DNA from: Nitrososphaerota archaeon
GTDB taxonomy: Archaea > Thermoproteota > Nitrososphaeria_A > Caldarchaeales > Caldarchaeaceae
Direction of reading: 5' to 3'
Assembly (NCBI GenBank): GCA_041641305.1
Contig: JBEPYN010000001.1
Span: 288,001 to 352,000, forward strand
DNA: 64,000 nucleotides
Positions 18,536-27,944 of the stretch are shown piece after piece (position 1 is the first letter of the stretch; the number at the start of each line of letters is the position of its first letter). Position numbers and translations under genes: made by a program. Under the pieces are notes generated by a model that had not been told where the DNA came from, did not search any database, and saw only the letters and a program-made list of their open reading frames with translations.

Positions 18536-19905
18536 CAAACCACACCCTTCACAGTCTCCAAATAATCCCGGATGTCCTCGACGCTGTGAACCTCTGTCAC
18601 ACACGTCAACACACCGTCGCCCAGTTGCGGAAAATCATCCACAATCCTGATGCCCCCAACTATTCCGATGCTTAGAAGCCTCTTCAACAGCTCCTCAGAT
18701 GAGTGTCCCTCTTTTCTGTAGGTGAACTCCATGTAATGTGGGGCATTTAGCAGCGGCGCCTTTACTCCATCCACCTTCTGGAAACATTCGATGAAGTAGG
18801 CCGTCTTCTCGAAGATGTGTCGAGCGAGTGATTGAAGTCCATGTTTGCCCAGAAGCGAGAGATAGGCTGCGGCTGTTATGGCGCAGAGAGCCTGGTTGGT
18901 GCAGATGTTTGAGGTGGCTTTTTCGCGTTTGATGTCTTGTTCTCTGGCCCTTAGCACCATCGTGAAAGCTCGCCTCCCATCCCCAAGTGTCTCAGCCATA
19001 CCCACCATCCTGCCAGGCATGCTGTGGATAAGCTTCCGGTCGCCGCTGCACCCCAATACCCCAAGCAGTGGGCCGCCAAAATTCATCGGAAGACCGAGCG
19101 GCTGACCCTCGCCGACGACGATGTCGGCTCCCATCGCTCCCGGCGGCCGCAGCAAACCGAGAGAAATCGGCTCTGCACCTACTACGAACAAGGCGTTTCT
19201 GTCGTGGGCAATTTCGCCTACCGCTTCAACATTCTCCACTAAGGCCCCGAGGTAGCACGGGTTCTCGACATAAACAGCAGAAGTCTCATCGTCAACCAAC
19301 GTTTTCAACTCCTCCTCATCCACTTTTCCCGTCTCGTCGAATGATGCCTTAACGAGCTTGAGGCCCAACGGCTTAACATATGTCTCGGCCACACGTATTC
19401 TCCCGGGGCCACAGTGGCCTGCGTAGACGATCTTGTCTCGGCCGTTGTATCGATATGCCATTCTGAAGGCCTCTCCCAAGGCTGTGGCCCAGTCATACAT
19501 GGAGGAGTTTACGACGTCCACTTCATAGAGGTCTGCGACAAGGCTCTGGAACTCGAACAAGGCTGTTAAAACACCCTGCGAAACCTCGGGCTGATAAGGG
19601 GTATAGCTTGTTACAAACTCGCTTCTTGAAGCAATCTCCTTCACAGCGGCTGGAACATGGTGTGGCCATACACCTCCTCCCAAGAAGAGACGGAGACCCT
19701 GCCTATTTTTGGACAAAATGTTTTTGACATGTTTGATCAGCTCAGGTTCGGAGAACGGACCTTCAAGACTCGGCGGAGAACTGAGAATATAACGGGATGG
19801 GATGTCTGCGTAGAGCTCCATTATGTCTTTGACACCTATCGCGTGAAGCATCTGACGCAGGTCTTCTTCCGTATGATGCCCGATGTAGGGAAAAACCTTA
19901 TCCAT
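18535..19905 (-). CDS. gcvPA: Glycine dehydrogenase subunit 1 (P protein alpha)
   Basis: TSYTPYQPEVSQG, NSSMYD, REQDIKREKATSNICTNQAL. Confidence 0.96.
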   Translation of the reverse strand: MDKVFPYIGHHTEEDLRQMLHAIGVKDIMELYADIPSRYILSSPPSLEGPFSEPELIKHVKNILSKNRQGLRLFLGGGVWPHHVPAAVKEIASRSEFVTSYTPYQPEVSQGVLTALFEFQSLVADLYEVDVVNSSMYDWATALGEAFRMAYRYNGRDKIVYAGHCGPGRIRVAETYVKPLGLKLVKASFDETGKVDEEELKTLVDDETSAVYVENPCYLGALVENVEAVGEIAHDRNALFVVGAEPISLGLLRPPGAMGADIVVGEGQPLGLPMNFGGPLLGVLGCSGDRKLIHSMPGRMVGMAETLGDGRRAFTMVLRAREQDIKREKATSNICTNQALCAITAAAYLSLLGKHGLQSLARHIFEKTAYFIECFQKVDGVKAPLLNAPHYMEFTYRKEGHSSEELLKRLLSIGIVGGIRIVDDFPQLGDGVLTCVTEVHSVEDIRDYLETVKGVV

Positions 19906-19976
19906 TCCAAGCCCATAACAGTATAGGCTGCTACTTATACCGATACCGTTTAAAACAAGCCCGTGGAATCAACTCC

Positions 19977-20657
19977 GTGAATCTCCGCTATCCTCTGATC
20001 GTCCTCAACTTTAAGACATACAGGGAGTCTATCGGAAGAAAAGCTCTCGAGCTCGCCAAAACGGCTGAGAAAGCCGCTGAACAGACGGGTGTATCCGTAG
20101 CTGTGTGCCCATCTATGGTTGATCTTGCGATGGTTGCATCAAGTGTCTCCATACCTGTTTTTGCTCAGCACTGCGACCCCTACACCCCGGGAGCCTACAC
20201 GGGCTCGGTTGTGGCAGAGGCGTTGAAGGAATCGGGGGCCGCCGGCTCTCTCCTCAACCATTCTGAGAAAAAGCTGAGGCTAAGCGATTTATCGGAATCT
20301 GTGAAACGGCTCAAAAGCAACGGCCTGATTTCTATTGTCTGTGCTGACGATCCATCGGCTGCGACAGCCGCTGCTGCTCTTGGCCCGGACGTGTTGGCGG
20401 TGGAGCCTCCTGAGCTGATTGGGACAGGGATATCGGTTTCGACAGCCAGGCCCGAAGTGGTTACGGAGACTGTTTCTCGTGTGAAGTTCCTTGCATCGGG
20501 TGTCAGAGTGCTGTGCGGAGCCGGCGTATCGACTGCCGAAGATGTTTCAAGGGCCCTTCAGCTGGGCACCGACGGAGTGTTGTTATCCAGCGCATATGTC
20601 AAGGCACGCGACCCGTTGGCCCTTCTCGTCAAGATGTGTGAAGCCGCACTCCGCTAA
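19977..20657 (+). CDS. tpiA: Triosephosphate isomerase (archaeal type)
   Basis: NFKTY, LNHSE, AVEPPELIGTG. Confidence 0.96.
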   Translation: MNLRYPLIVLNFKTYRESIGRKALELAKTAEKAAEQTGVSVAVCPSMVDLAMVASSVSIPVFAQHCDPYTPGAYTGSVVAEALKESGAAGSLLNHSEKKLRLSDLSESVKRLKSNGLISIVCADDPSAATAAAALGPDVLAVEPPELIGTGISVSTARPEVVTETVSRVKFLASGVRVLCGAGVSTAEDVSRALQLGTDGVLLSSAYVKARDPLALLVKMCEAALR

Positions 20658-21037
20658 ACAATCATCAGCTTCATTCTCCTACCTTCTCCGTCGAGAACAT
20701 GGATGTCACTTTCGTTGCGATAAGGAGATGTTACGATAACCATCAGCTCACCCATCATGTTGTTTAGGTCTTCAACGGAGGGGTGCGGGGCTCCTGATGG
20801 GTGGGAATGAGCCACTCCGAGGAAAGATTCGTCAATGGGTAGCAGGTAGGGGTTGAATGAGGAGAAGCTTTCGCCATATGTTGACTGGGGTGGAAAAGAA
20901 ACTTCCTCGACAAGGTAACCGGTCTTGTCTCTGCGGCCATGGAGAAGAACTATCATCTCCCTGGGGTGGATGTTGCGGGATATTTCTAGAAGAAGCGCCG
21001 CGACCTCCCTGCGCATATGGACAATTTCTCGAGCCAT
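20654..21037 (-). CDS. JAB/MPN+ (JAMM) metalloprotease
   Basis: Catalytic E in HPREM and HSHPSGAPHPSVEDL (HxHx7Sx2D). Confidence 0.88.
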   Translation of the reverse strand: MAREIVHMRREVAALLLEISRNIHPREMIVLLHGRRDKTGYLVEEVSFPPQSTYGESFSSFNPYLLPIDESFLGVAHSHPSGAPHPSVEDLNNMMGELMVIVTSPYRNESDIHVLDGEGRRMKLMIV

Positions 21038-21041
21038 GTAT

Positions 21042-21674
21042 CTATTTTCTAGGCCTATGCTGCCCCTCCAGTATGTAAGCAACAGCTTCACCTATGTAGG
21101 TGGCGTGGTCCGCGATTCTCTCAAGATACCTGAGAATGAGCATGGTAGCCATGTCGCATTTCTTTGATCCTGGATTGCTCAGACTTCGTTGGAGATGATT
21201 CTTGTAGGCTTTGTCGACAATCGAGTCAAGTTTCTCAAGCTCTGCGGCGAGCTCAAGGTTCTTCTCCACGAAGCTTTTTACGCTCTTCTCTATCATGGTT
21301 TTGACTACTTCAGCTGTTTCGAGTACCTCGGTTTTCTCACATTCATGAAGTTCTCCAAATGTGGTTATAACCTGTGATATGTCGTAGGCGTATCTGCCGA
21401 AACGTGAGAACCCATAGGCGACCTCCATGCATGAGCGAAGAAAACGTAGGTCAGTCGCCACAGGCTGGTAACGTGCTATCAGCTCAACGGCGAGGTCCGA
21501 CACCTCGTCCTGAAGCCAGCGAAGCTTCTCCGAAAGCTGGAAAACTTCATCCTCGTTAGGTGTGCCTTTGATGAACCCTTCCACAGCGGCTTCCACAGCG
21601 GTCCGGCTGAGAGAAGCCATGTCGTTGAGCATGTTGACGAGCCTCTCCAAACCCAAATCCATCAGACGCGGCAA
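21042..21674 (-). CDS. phoU: Phosphate transport regulator PhoU
   Basis: IARYQPVATDLR, RYLERIADHA; last pst-specific gene of the operon. Confidence 0.9.
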   Translation of the reverse strand: MPRLMDLGLERLVNMLNDMASLSRTAVEAAVEGFIKGTPNEDEVFQLSEKLRWLQDEVSDLAVELIARYQPVATDLRFLRSCMEVAYGFSRFGRYAYDISQVITTFGELHECEKTEVLETAEVVKTMIEKSVKSFVEKNLELAAELEKLDSIVDKAYKNHLQRSLSNPGSKKCDMATMLILRYLERIADHATYIGEAVAYILEGQHRPRK

Positions 21675-21681
21675 ACCATCC

Positions 21682-22512
21682 TCAACCTATTCTTCCAGAG
21701 ATGTAGTCCTCGGTCCTCTTGTCACGTGGGTTGGTGAAAATCTCCTTAGTCGGCCCAAACTCGATAAGTCTGCCTATCATGTTCTCATCAGGCATCATAA
21801 CGGCTGTGTAGTCGGAGACGCGTGCGGCCTGCTGCATGTTGTGGGTGACTATGATTATGGTGTAGTCCTGTGAAATGTTGCGCAGAAGCTGCTCAATCTT
21901 CGCTGTTGATATTGGGTCGAGGGAGACGGTTGGCTCGTCGAGGAGGATTACGTCTGGGTCTACTGCGAGCGCTCTCGCGATGCAGAGCCTCTGTTGCTGT
22001 CCTCCCGAGAGCGAGAAAGCCTGTGCATCGAGCCTATCTTTCACCTCTTCCCATAGAGCCGCTTTCTCGAGAGCGTCCTTAACTTTCTCGTAAAGCTGCT
22101 GCTTGGACAGCTTCACTCCGTTAACACGTAGGCCGAAAGCGACGTTATCAAAAATCGACATAGGGAATGGGTTGGGCCTCTGGAAAACCATCCCAATAGC
22201 TGTCCTCACCGCAACTGGGTCGACATCCTTCGAGTAAATGTCTACACCCCTGTAGAAGACCTTGCCCTCCACCTTTGCATCAGGTATTAGGTCATTCATT
22301 CTGTTGATGCATCTGAGAAGGGTTGATTTTCCGCATCCCGAGGGCCCTATGATGGCTGTTATCCGTGACCGCTCAAACTTGAGGTCGATATCCTTTATGG
22401 CGTATTTTCGACCATAGACCACTGCTAGGCCGACCGTTTCAACAACAACTTTCCCATCCTGTGACAAATCCATAGATTCTCTCTCCGCCAATAATTTTTT
22501 CAGCATCGTCAT
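21682..22512 (-). CDS. pstB: Phosphate ABC transporter ATPase
   Basis: [50 protein letters not shown]. Confidence 0.97.
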   Translation of the reverse strand: MTMLKKLLAERESMDLSQDGKVVVETVGLAVVYGRKYAIKDIDLKFERSRITAIIGPSGCGKSTLLRCINRMNDLIPDAKVEGKVFYRGVDIYSKDVDPVAVRTAIGMVFQRPNPFPMSIFDNVAFGLRVNGVKLSKQQLYEKVKDALEKAALWEEVKDRLDAQAFSLSGGQQQRLCIARALAVDPDVILLDEPTVSLDPISTAKIEQLLRNISQDYTIIIVTHNMQQAARVSDYTAVMMPDENMIGRLIEFGPTKEIFTNPRDKRTEDYISGRIG

Positions 22513-23406
22513 TTAAAGCATCACCCTCCTTTGGTAACGATACCTAATAGCTATTGCAGCGGCGTTCAGCATCATCAGCAAAGCAAGTAGAACAATTATC
22601 GCTGCAGAGGATAGTTCTTGAAACGCGGGCTGAGGCCTGCTCACCCAGTTGAATATCTGGAGAGGCATCACCGTAAACCTGTCGAAAATGGATGTGGGGT
22701 CGGTGCGTATAAACAGGAGACCGCTTATGACAAGTATTGGCGCTGCTTCCCCGATTGCGCGGGAAATCGCCAGTATAGCGCCCGTCATCATCATGGGAAG
22801 AGCCCTCGGAAGAATTATGTAACGCGTTACCTGTAGCTTGGTTGCTCCGAGAGCGTAGGCCCCTTGTTTCAACGCCTCAGGCACGGACTTGAATGCCTCG
22901 GCAGCTGAAACGGTTACTAGAGGAAGGGTCATTATACCGAGTGTGAATGCACCAGCTATTATTGAGCGGCCGAGACCCAGACCATAGGTGAGGATGCTCA
23001 GCCCAACAAGGCCGAAGATAATTGAGGGAACTCCCGCGAGATTGGCCATGTTGAATTCGAGAAACCTTCTGAGCCGCCGGTGGGTAGACCACTCGGTGAA
23101 GTACAGGGCCGAGGCTATTCCCAGCGGTATACTGACCAGCGCCGACAACCCAACTGTCCAAAAGCTTCCGAGAAAAGCTGAGCGCATTCCAGCTGTCTGC
23201 GGGTTAGCTGAAGGATATGAGAAAATCAGGCTCCATGAAAGCCGATCCCAACCCGTTGTAATCACGGTGAAGAGGAGAGCAGTGACCGCGGCGACGCCTA
23301 TAAAGACGCCGAGAGAAAGCAGAACGGGTGTCAGGCGGTCGAGGACCTGTTTGGCCCTGTCTCTTCTCTTAAATGTGTTGACCTGGCCTAGTATCGTATC
23401 TGCCAC
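22513..23406 (-). CDS. pstA: Phosphate ABC transporter permease
   Basis: NLAGVPSIIFGL, SRAIGEAAP. Confidence 0.94.
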   Translation of the reverse strand: MADTILGQVNTFKRRDRAKQVLDRLTPVLLSLGVFIGVAAVTALLFTVITTGWDRLSWSLIFSYPSANPQTAGMRSAFLGSFWTVGLSALVSIPLGIASALYFTEWSTHRRLRRFLEFNMANLAGVPSIIFGLVGLSILTYGLGLGRSIIAGAFTLGIMTLPLVTVSAAEAFKSVPEALKQGAYALGATKLQVTRYIILPRALPMMMTGAILAISRAIGEAAPILVISGLLFIRTDPTSIFDRFTVMPLQIFNWVSRPQPAFQELSSAAIIVLLALLMMLNAAAIAIRYRYQRRVML

Positions 23407-24314
23407 CTCCTCACAATCGCTAACGCCACAAGGTTGAAGGCCATGGTGATAATGAAGAGGAGAATCCCTACGGCGAATATTGATTGGTATTCTATGGTTC
23501 CGTGTGGAGCGTCACCGGTGGCCACCTGCGCGATGAAACTCGTCATGGTCTGCATGGCTTCGCGTGGGTCGAAGCTGTAGAAGGGTCTAAAACCTCCAGC
23601 TATAGCCGCTATCATAGTCTCACCCATAGCACGTGTGAAAGCAAGTATGATGGCTGCTAGAATTCCTGACAAAGCGGCTGGTACGATCACCCTGAAAACT
23701 ACGTCGATTTTTCTGGCCCCTAGGCTGTATGCTGCTAGCCTGAAATCCTCAGGCACCGCATACAATGCATCCTCGCTCAGAGAGGCGACTATGGGGATTA
23801 TGAGGACACCTATCATGAGCCCGACCGCTAAAGCGCTGAAAACACCTGTACCCGGTATAAACTTCATCAACAGGTTAGGTGATACGAAGTATAGCGCGAA
23901 ATAACCATAAACCACTGTGGGTATGCCGGCGAGGAGCTCAATGACATTTTTTATCGGGCCCCGTATACTTGGCCTGGCGTATTCGCTGAGGTAAATCGCT
24001 GTCGCGAGACCCGCTGGAATCGCAACTAGCAACGCTATGGCTGATGTGATGGCCGTGGCTGTTAGAAGAGGAAGAACGCCGAACTTCTTCTCGCTGAAGA
24101 GAACTGTCCATTCGGTGCCCGTCAAAAACTCAACTGGGGAAACTTGGCCAAAAAATATCGATGACTCCAGCAACAATGAACCCAGTATAACCATTATCGC
24201 GATGAAAGAGACCGATGACGCGGCCAGAAACAGGATGTTTACAAGTTTTGTGGCACGCTGCCTTCTCCGAAGGTTATCCAAAAAATTTTTGTCGAGAAAA
24301 ATATTGTGGGACAT
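23388..24314 (-). CDS. pstC: Phosphate ABC transporter permease
   Basis: ELLAGIPTVVYG, RAMGETM. Confidence 0.95.
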   Translation of the reverse strand: MSHNIFLDKNFLDNLRRRQRATKLVNILFLAASSVSFIAIMVILGSLLLESSIFFGQVSPVEFLTGTEWTVLFSEKKFGVLPLLTATAITSAIALLVAIPAGLATAIYLSEYARPSIRGPIKNVIELLAGIPTVVYGYFALYFVSPNLLMKFIPGTGVFSALAVGLMIGVLIIPIVASLSEDALYAVPEDFRLAAYSLGARKIDVVFRVIVPAALSGILAAIILAFTRAMGETMIAAIAGGFRPFYSFDPREAMQTMTSFIAQVATGDAPHGTIEYQSIFAVGILLFIITMAFNLVALAIVRRWQIRY

Positions 24315-24325
24315 TTTCTCCCCAT

Positions 24326-25426
24326 TTAATGTGGTCCTGCGTTCTTGTTCTTTAAGGTTGTCAGCTCAAAGAGTCCATCTGTTATGCCTGCTTTCAATAG
24401 TGCCGCTGCTTTTTTGTAGTAGTGGTCTGGAAACGGTGTATAGGCTACTTTATGCGCGAGCCTAGCCCCGTTTTCGACATAGTAGATTACGAATTCTCTT
24501 AGATGCGGCTTGGTTTCCCATGATTTCTTGTTGACGTAGATGAATAATGGTCTGGATAGCGGATATGTAAACGTGCTCGCGGTTTCATCGCTTGGTTCAA
24601 CGCATTCTCCGCCTACTTTGTCGTCTTTCACTTTCAGAACCTTAATTCTGTCTTTGGCCTCTGCGAAGTATGCGAAGCCGAAGTATCCCAGGGAGAGCGG
24701 GTCTGACTCCACACCTGCTACAAGGACGTTGTCATCCTCCGATGCCACGTAATCTGTTCGGCTGGCCTTGGATTTTCCAACCACTCTTTCGGTGAAGTAG
24801 TCGAATGTTCCGCTGTCCGGGCCCGCGCCGTAGAGTTTGATAGGCTGGTTTGGCCATTCTGGTCTGATGTCGCTCCAAAGTTTGACGGTGCTGTCGGGTT
24901 TCCAGATTTCCCTAAGCTCAGATATGGTTATGCAGTCAACCCAGTTGTTCGAGGGATGTACTACGACAACGAGGGCGTCGATAGCCACAGGTACCTCAAT
25001 CCACTCTATCCCATTTTTGGCTGCTGTGTCGGCCTCTGCAACCAGTATTGGCCGGGAGGCGTCGTTGATGTCTGTTTCACCGATGACAAACCGTTTAAAG
25101 CCGCCGCCTGTGCCCGATATGCCGACGCTGATAGTTACTCCGCTGTGCAGGTTCATGAACTCTTCAGCGGCGGCCTCGGTTAGCGGGTAAACGGTGCTCG
25201 AGCCGTCGACCTCTATGTCTCCCTTAAGCTGTTGCTGAAGAACTGTCCCAGTCAATGTTGTTGTCACTGTTATTGTCTCGGTTTTTGTCACCGTTCTCCC
25301 CTCGCCTGTTGCTCCACCTCCGAACAAAGTAGGACCAGTCACGATGCCGGCAAACAATCCTATTACCAGAGCCGCAACAATTCCTCCCACGAAAGATGCT
25401 GAGACACCTTTTTTCCAGTTTTTCAT
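24326..25426 (-). CDS. pstS: Phosphate ABC transporter substrate-binding protein
   Basis: DGSSTVYP, SGTGGGFKRF, DSGTFDYF, YPLSRPLFIY; N-terminal anchor and Thr-rich linker. Confidence 0.95.
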   Translation of the reverse strand: MKNWKKGVSASFVGGIVAALVIGLFAGIVTGPTLFGGGATGEGRTVTKTETITVTTTLTGTVLQQQLKGDIEVDGSSTVYPLTEAAAEEFMNLHSGVTISVGISGTGGGFKRFVIGETDINDASRPILVAEADTAAKNGIEWIEVPVAIDALVVVVHPSNNWVDCITISELREIWKPDSTVKLWSDIRPEWPNQPIKLYGAGPDSGTFDYFTERVVGKSKASRTDYVASEDDNVLVAGVESDPLSLGYFGFAYFAEAKDRIKVLKVKDDKVGGECVEPSDETASTFTYPLSRPLFIYVNKKSWETKPHLREFVIYYVENGARLAHKVAYTPFPDHYYKKAAALLKAGITDGLFELTTLKNKNAGPH

Positions 25427-25450
25427 GGCGGTCGAGGGGGTGTTACCCCA

Positions 25451-25503
25451 CGATATATAGATTGGCGGGCTGGAATATTTTCCTGAAATATGTCTATATA
25501 TCG
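25451..25503. promoter_or_regulatory. Divergent promoter region with perfect 11-bp inverted repeat
   Basis: CGATATATAGA (25451-25461) and TCTATATATCG (25493-25503) between pstS and the AbrB-PhoU regulator. Confidence 0.65.
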
Positions 25504-25522
25504 GCCAAAACTGGACAAAAAC

Positions 25523-26527
25523 ATGGAGACAGAATACACAAGACGCGTCCAGAAAACAGGCCGCTCCACATTTATAATATCTCTCCCGAAAGATTGGGTT
25601 GAGAAGAATGGGCTCAAGAAGCTTGATACTGTGAGGGTTGTTACGCTGCCGTCTGGGCTGCTCATAACCACAGATACTCAGGAACAGGGCCGTGAAACTG
25701 TTATTAGGCTCAAGGGCGGTGAGACACCTGACGAGGTTGTGCGACTCTTCTTCTCAAAATATCTCGACGGCTGCGACAAAATACGGGTAGAGCTTGCCGG
25801 CTACTCACCGCAGACAATTTCGGTTTTGAAGGATAGGATAAGGCGGTGGCTTGTGGGTGTGGAGATAGTCGGTGAAACAGCGACGGAGCTCACGGCACAG
25901 GTTCTGCCTGTGAGTGACAAGCTGCCTCTACGTACATCGCTGGAGAGAATGGGCGAAATCGCTTCTCACATGCTTGAGGAGGCTATGACAGCATTCTTCA
26001 GAAACGACAAAGCCCTCGCAGAAGATGTTGTGAGCCGGGATGACGAGGTTGACAGGTTTTACCACTTTATCACTAGACAGCTCAACATAGTTGTGCGGGA
26101 CTATGCTAAGTTGAGAAACGTCAACCTCTCCGACCCAAGCGACTGCATAAACTATGTTCTCGTCGCCAAGAACATAGAGAGGGCCGCTGACCACGCCGTC
26201 ACGATAAGCAACAGAACCCTCGCCACAACCAACAACACAAAACCAGACCAACGCATAATCAAGATAAACTCCAAGGTTGTGGAGATCTTCAAAGCCTCTC
26301 TAAACTCATTCCTCTATCCAAGCATCGAGCTTGCAAACAAGACGCTCTCCCAGATAGCTGAGATATCGTCGGAGATGAACACTTACATTAGTTCGCAGAA
26401 GAGGAATCTGGATTTGGAGAGGAGGCTTTCGGAGCTTGTCGTGATAAACAGCGTGCGGAGGGTGGCTGAATACGCTGCCGACATCTGTGAAGCAGCCATC
26501 AACCTAGCAACAAAGTATTCAGAGTAG
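25523..26527 (+). CDS. AbrB-PhoU phosphate uptake regulator
   Basis: N-terminal RRVQKTGRSTFIISLPKDW (AbrB-like) plus PhoU repeats (RDDEVDRFY, IERAADHA). Confidence 0.9.
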   Translation: METEYTRRVQKTGRSTFIISLPKDWVEKNGLKKLDTVRVVTLPSGLLITTDTQEQGRETVIRLKGGETPDEVVRLFFSKYLDGCDKIRVELAGYSPQTISVLKDRIRRWLVGVEIVGETATELTAQVLPVSDKLPLRTSLERMGEIASHMLEEAMTAFFRNDKALAEDVVSRDDEVDRFYHFITRQLNIVVRDYAKLRNVNLSDPSDCINYVLVAKNIERAADHAVTISNRTLATTNNTKPDQRIIKINSKVVEIFKASLNSFLYPSIELANKTLSQIAEISSEMNTYISSQKRNLDLERRLSELVVINSVRRVAEYAADICEAAINLATKYSE

Positions 26528-26812
26528 AGTGTTCATTTTCTGGGCTAGTGCAAGGTCGTATGTGCTGATGCCGCCGAGGTCGTGGGTGACGAGCCAAATC
26601 TCCAGCCTGTTGTAGACGTTGAACCACTCCGGGTGATGCTGCATCTTCTCAGCCTCAATAGCCACCTTGACCATAAACCCTATGCATTCGACAAAGTCTC
26701 TGAACTCGATTTTACGGTAGAGCTTTCCATCCCTTAGGCTCCAGCCCTCGAGAGTTTTCAGGGCTTTAGCTAACTCCTCCTCTGTCAACAAACGGTACTC
26801 GTCAATGGCCAT
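26519..26812 (-). CDS. Pterin-4-alpha-carbinolamine dehydratase
   Basis: AEKMQHHPEWFNVYN..THDLGGIS..D. Confidence 0.93.
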   Translation of the reverse strand: MAIDEYRLLTEEELAKALKTLEGWSLRDGKLYRKIEFRDFVECIGFMVKVAIEAEKMQHHPEWFNVYNRLEIWLVTHDLGGISTYDLALAQKMNTLL

Positions 26813-26861
26813 GCATGTGTTTAGATTTGATGGGATTTATCCTGATGGTTTATACACGCCG

Positions 26862-27944
26862 TTATTGTATAAGGCCTGCTCGGAGGACGTGGTCTGCGAG
26901 TACGAAGGCTACGACTGCTTCGACGACGGGAACAGCTCTTGGTACAACGGTTGGGTCATGTCGTCCCGGCACCACTATCTCGGTCTCCCTTCTCTCAAGC
27001 ATGTCTACGGTTCTCTGGGGCCTAGCTATTGAGGAGGCGGGTTTAAACGCCACTCTCGTGACAAGCGGTGCTCCAGTTGATAAGCCGCCGAGTATTCCGC
27101 CCGAGTTGTTGGACGCCGTTGTTATTTTTCCGTCTACGAGTATGAAGGGGTCGTTGTTCTCGCTTCCCCGTAACCGTGTCGCTTCAAACCCTCGGCCAAA
27201 TTCTACGCCCTTCACCGCCGGTATGGAGAAGAGAGCTTTGGAGAGGTCTGAGTCAAGACTGTCGAAAACCGGCTCCCCGAGGCCGATGGGCAGGTTGAGG
27301 GCTATGCATTCTACGATTCCGCCTACGCTGTCACCTTGTTTCCGAGCCTCTAAAATCACGTGCTTCATTTTCTCCGCGGCCTCGAAATCCGGGCACCGCA
27401 CCTCGTTGGCGTACCTATTTTTCCTGATCTCGTCGACGGATAGTTGACGAGACCTCACTCCGCCTATTTCAAGCGAGTAGGCGAGAACCTCGACCCCGAG
27501 CTTGCTCAACAATTTTTTCGCAACAGCCCCCGCCATCACATATCCCGCCGTGACGCGTCCAGAAAACCTTCCACCACCCCTGTAGTCGTTGAACCCTCTA
27601 TACTTGATGTATGCGGGGTAGTCGGCGTGTCCAGGCCGAGGCGTTTTGCGGATCATCTCATAGGGCCGTGAGTCAACATCCTTGTTCCAGACAAGCATCA
27701 ATATGGGTGCGCCTGTTGTCCTGCCTTGGAAGACGCCTGACAAGATTTCTACACGATCCTCCTCCGTGCGGGTTGTTGTCACCAGCGACTGCCCCGGCTT
27801 TCTGCGGTCAAGCTCGACCTGTATATCGGCTTCCGACAGCTCTATGCCTGGTGGACAGCCGTCCACCAGCGCACCCACACATCTACCGTGACTTTCCCCG
27901 AAGCTGGCGACGACAAACCTCTCTCCGATGATGTTTCCCGTCAT
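26862..27944 (-). CDS. aroC: Chorismate synthase
   Basis: FGESHG, PRPGHAD, RGGGRFSGR, GRHDP. Confidence 0.97.
   Translation of the reverse strand: MTGNIIGERFVVASFGESHGRCVGALVDGCPPGIELSEADIQVELDRRKPGQSLVTTTRTEEDRVEILSGVFQGRTTGAPILMLVWNKDVDSRPYEMIRKTPRPGHADYPAYIKYRGFNDYRGGGRFSGRVTAGYVMAGAVAKKLLSKLGVEVLAYSLEIGGVRSRQLSVDEIRKNRYANEVRCPDFEAAEKMKHVILEARKQGDSVGGIVECIALNLPIGLGEPVFDSLDSDLSKALFSIPAVKGVEFGRGFEATRLRGSENNDPFILVDGKITTASNNSGGILGGLSTGAPLVTRVAFKPASSIARPQRTVDMLERRETEIVVPGRHDPTVVPRAVPVVEAVVAFVLADHVLRAGLIQ

Noticed and set aside
26815-27447. 210-aa plus-strand ORF
   Set aside because: Antisense to aroC; Ser/Thr-rich composition typical of shadow frames
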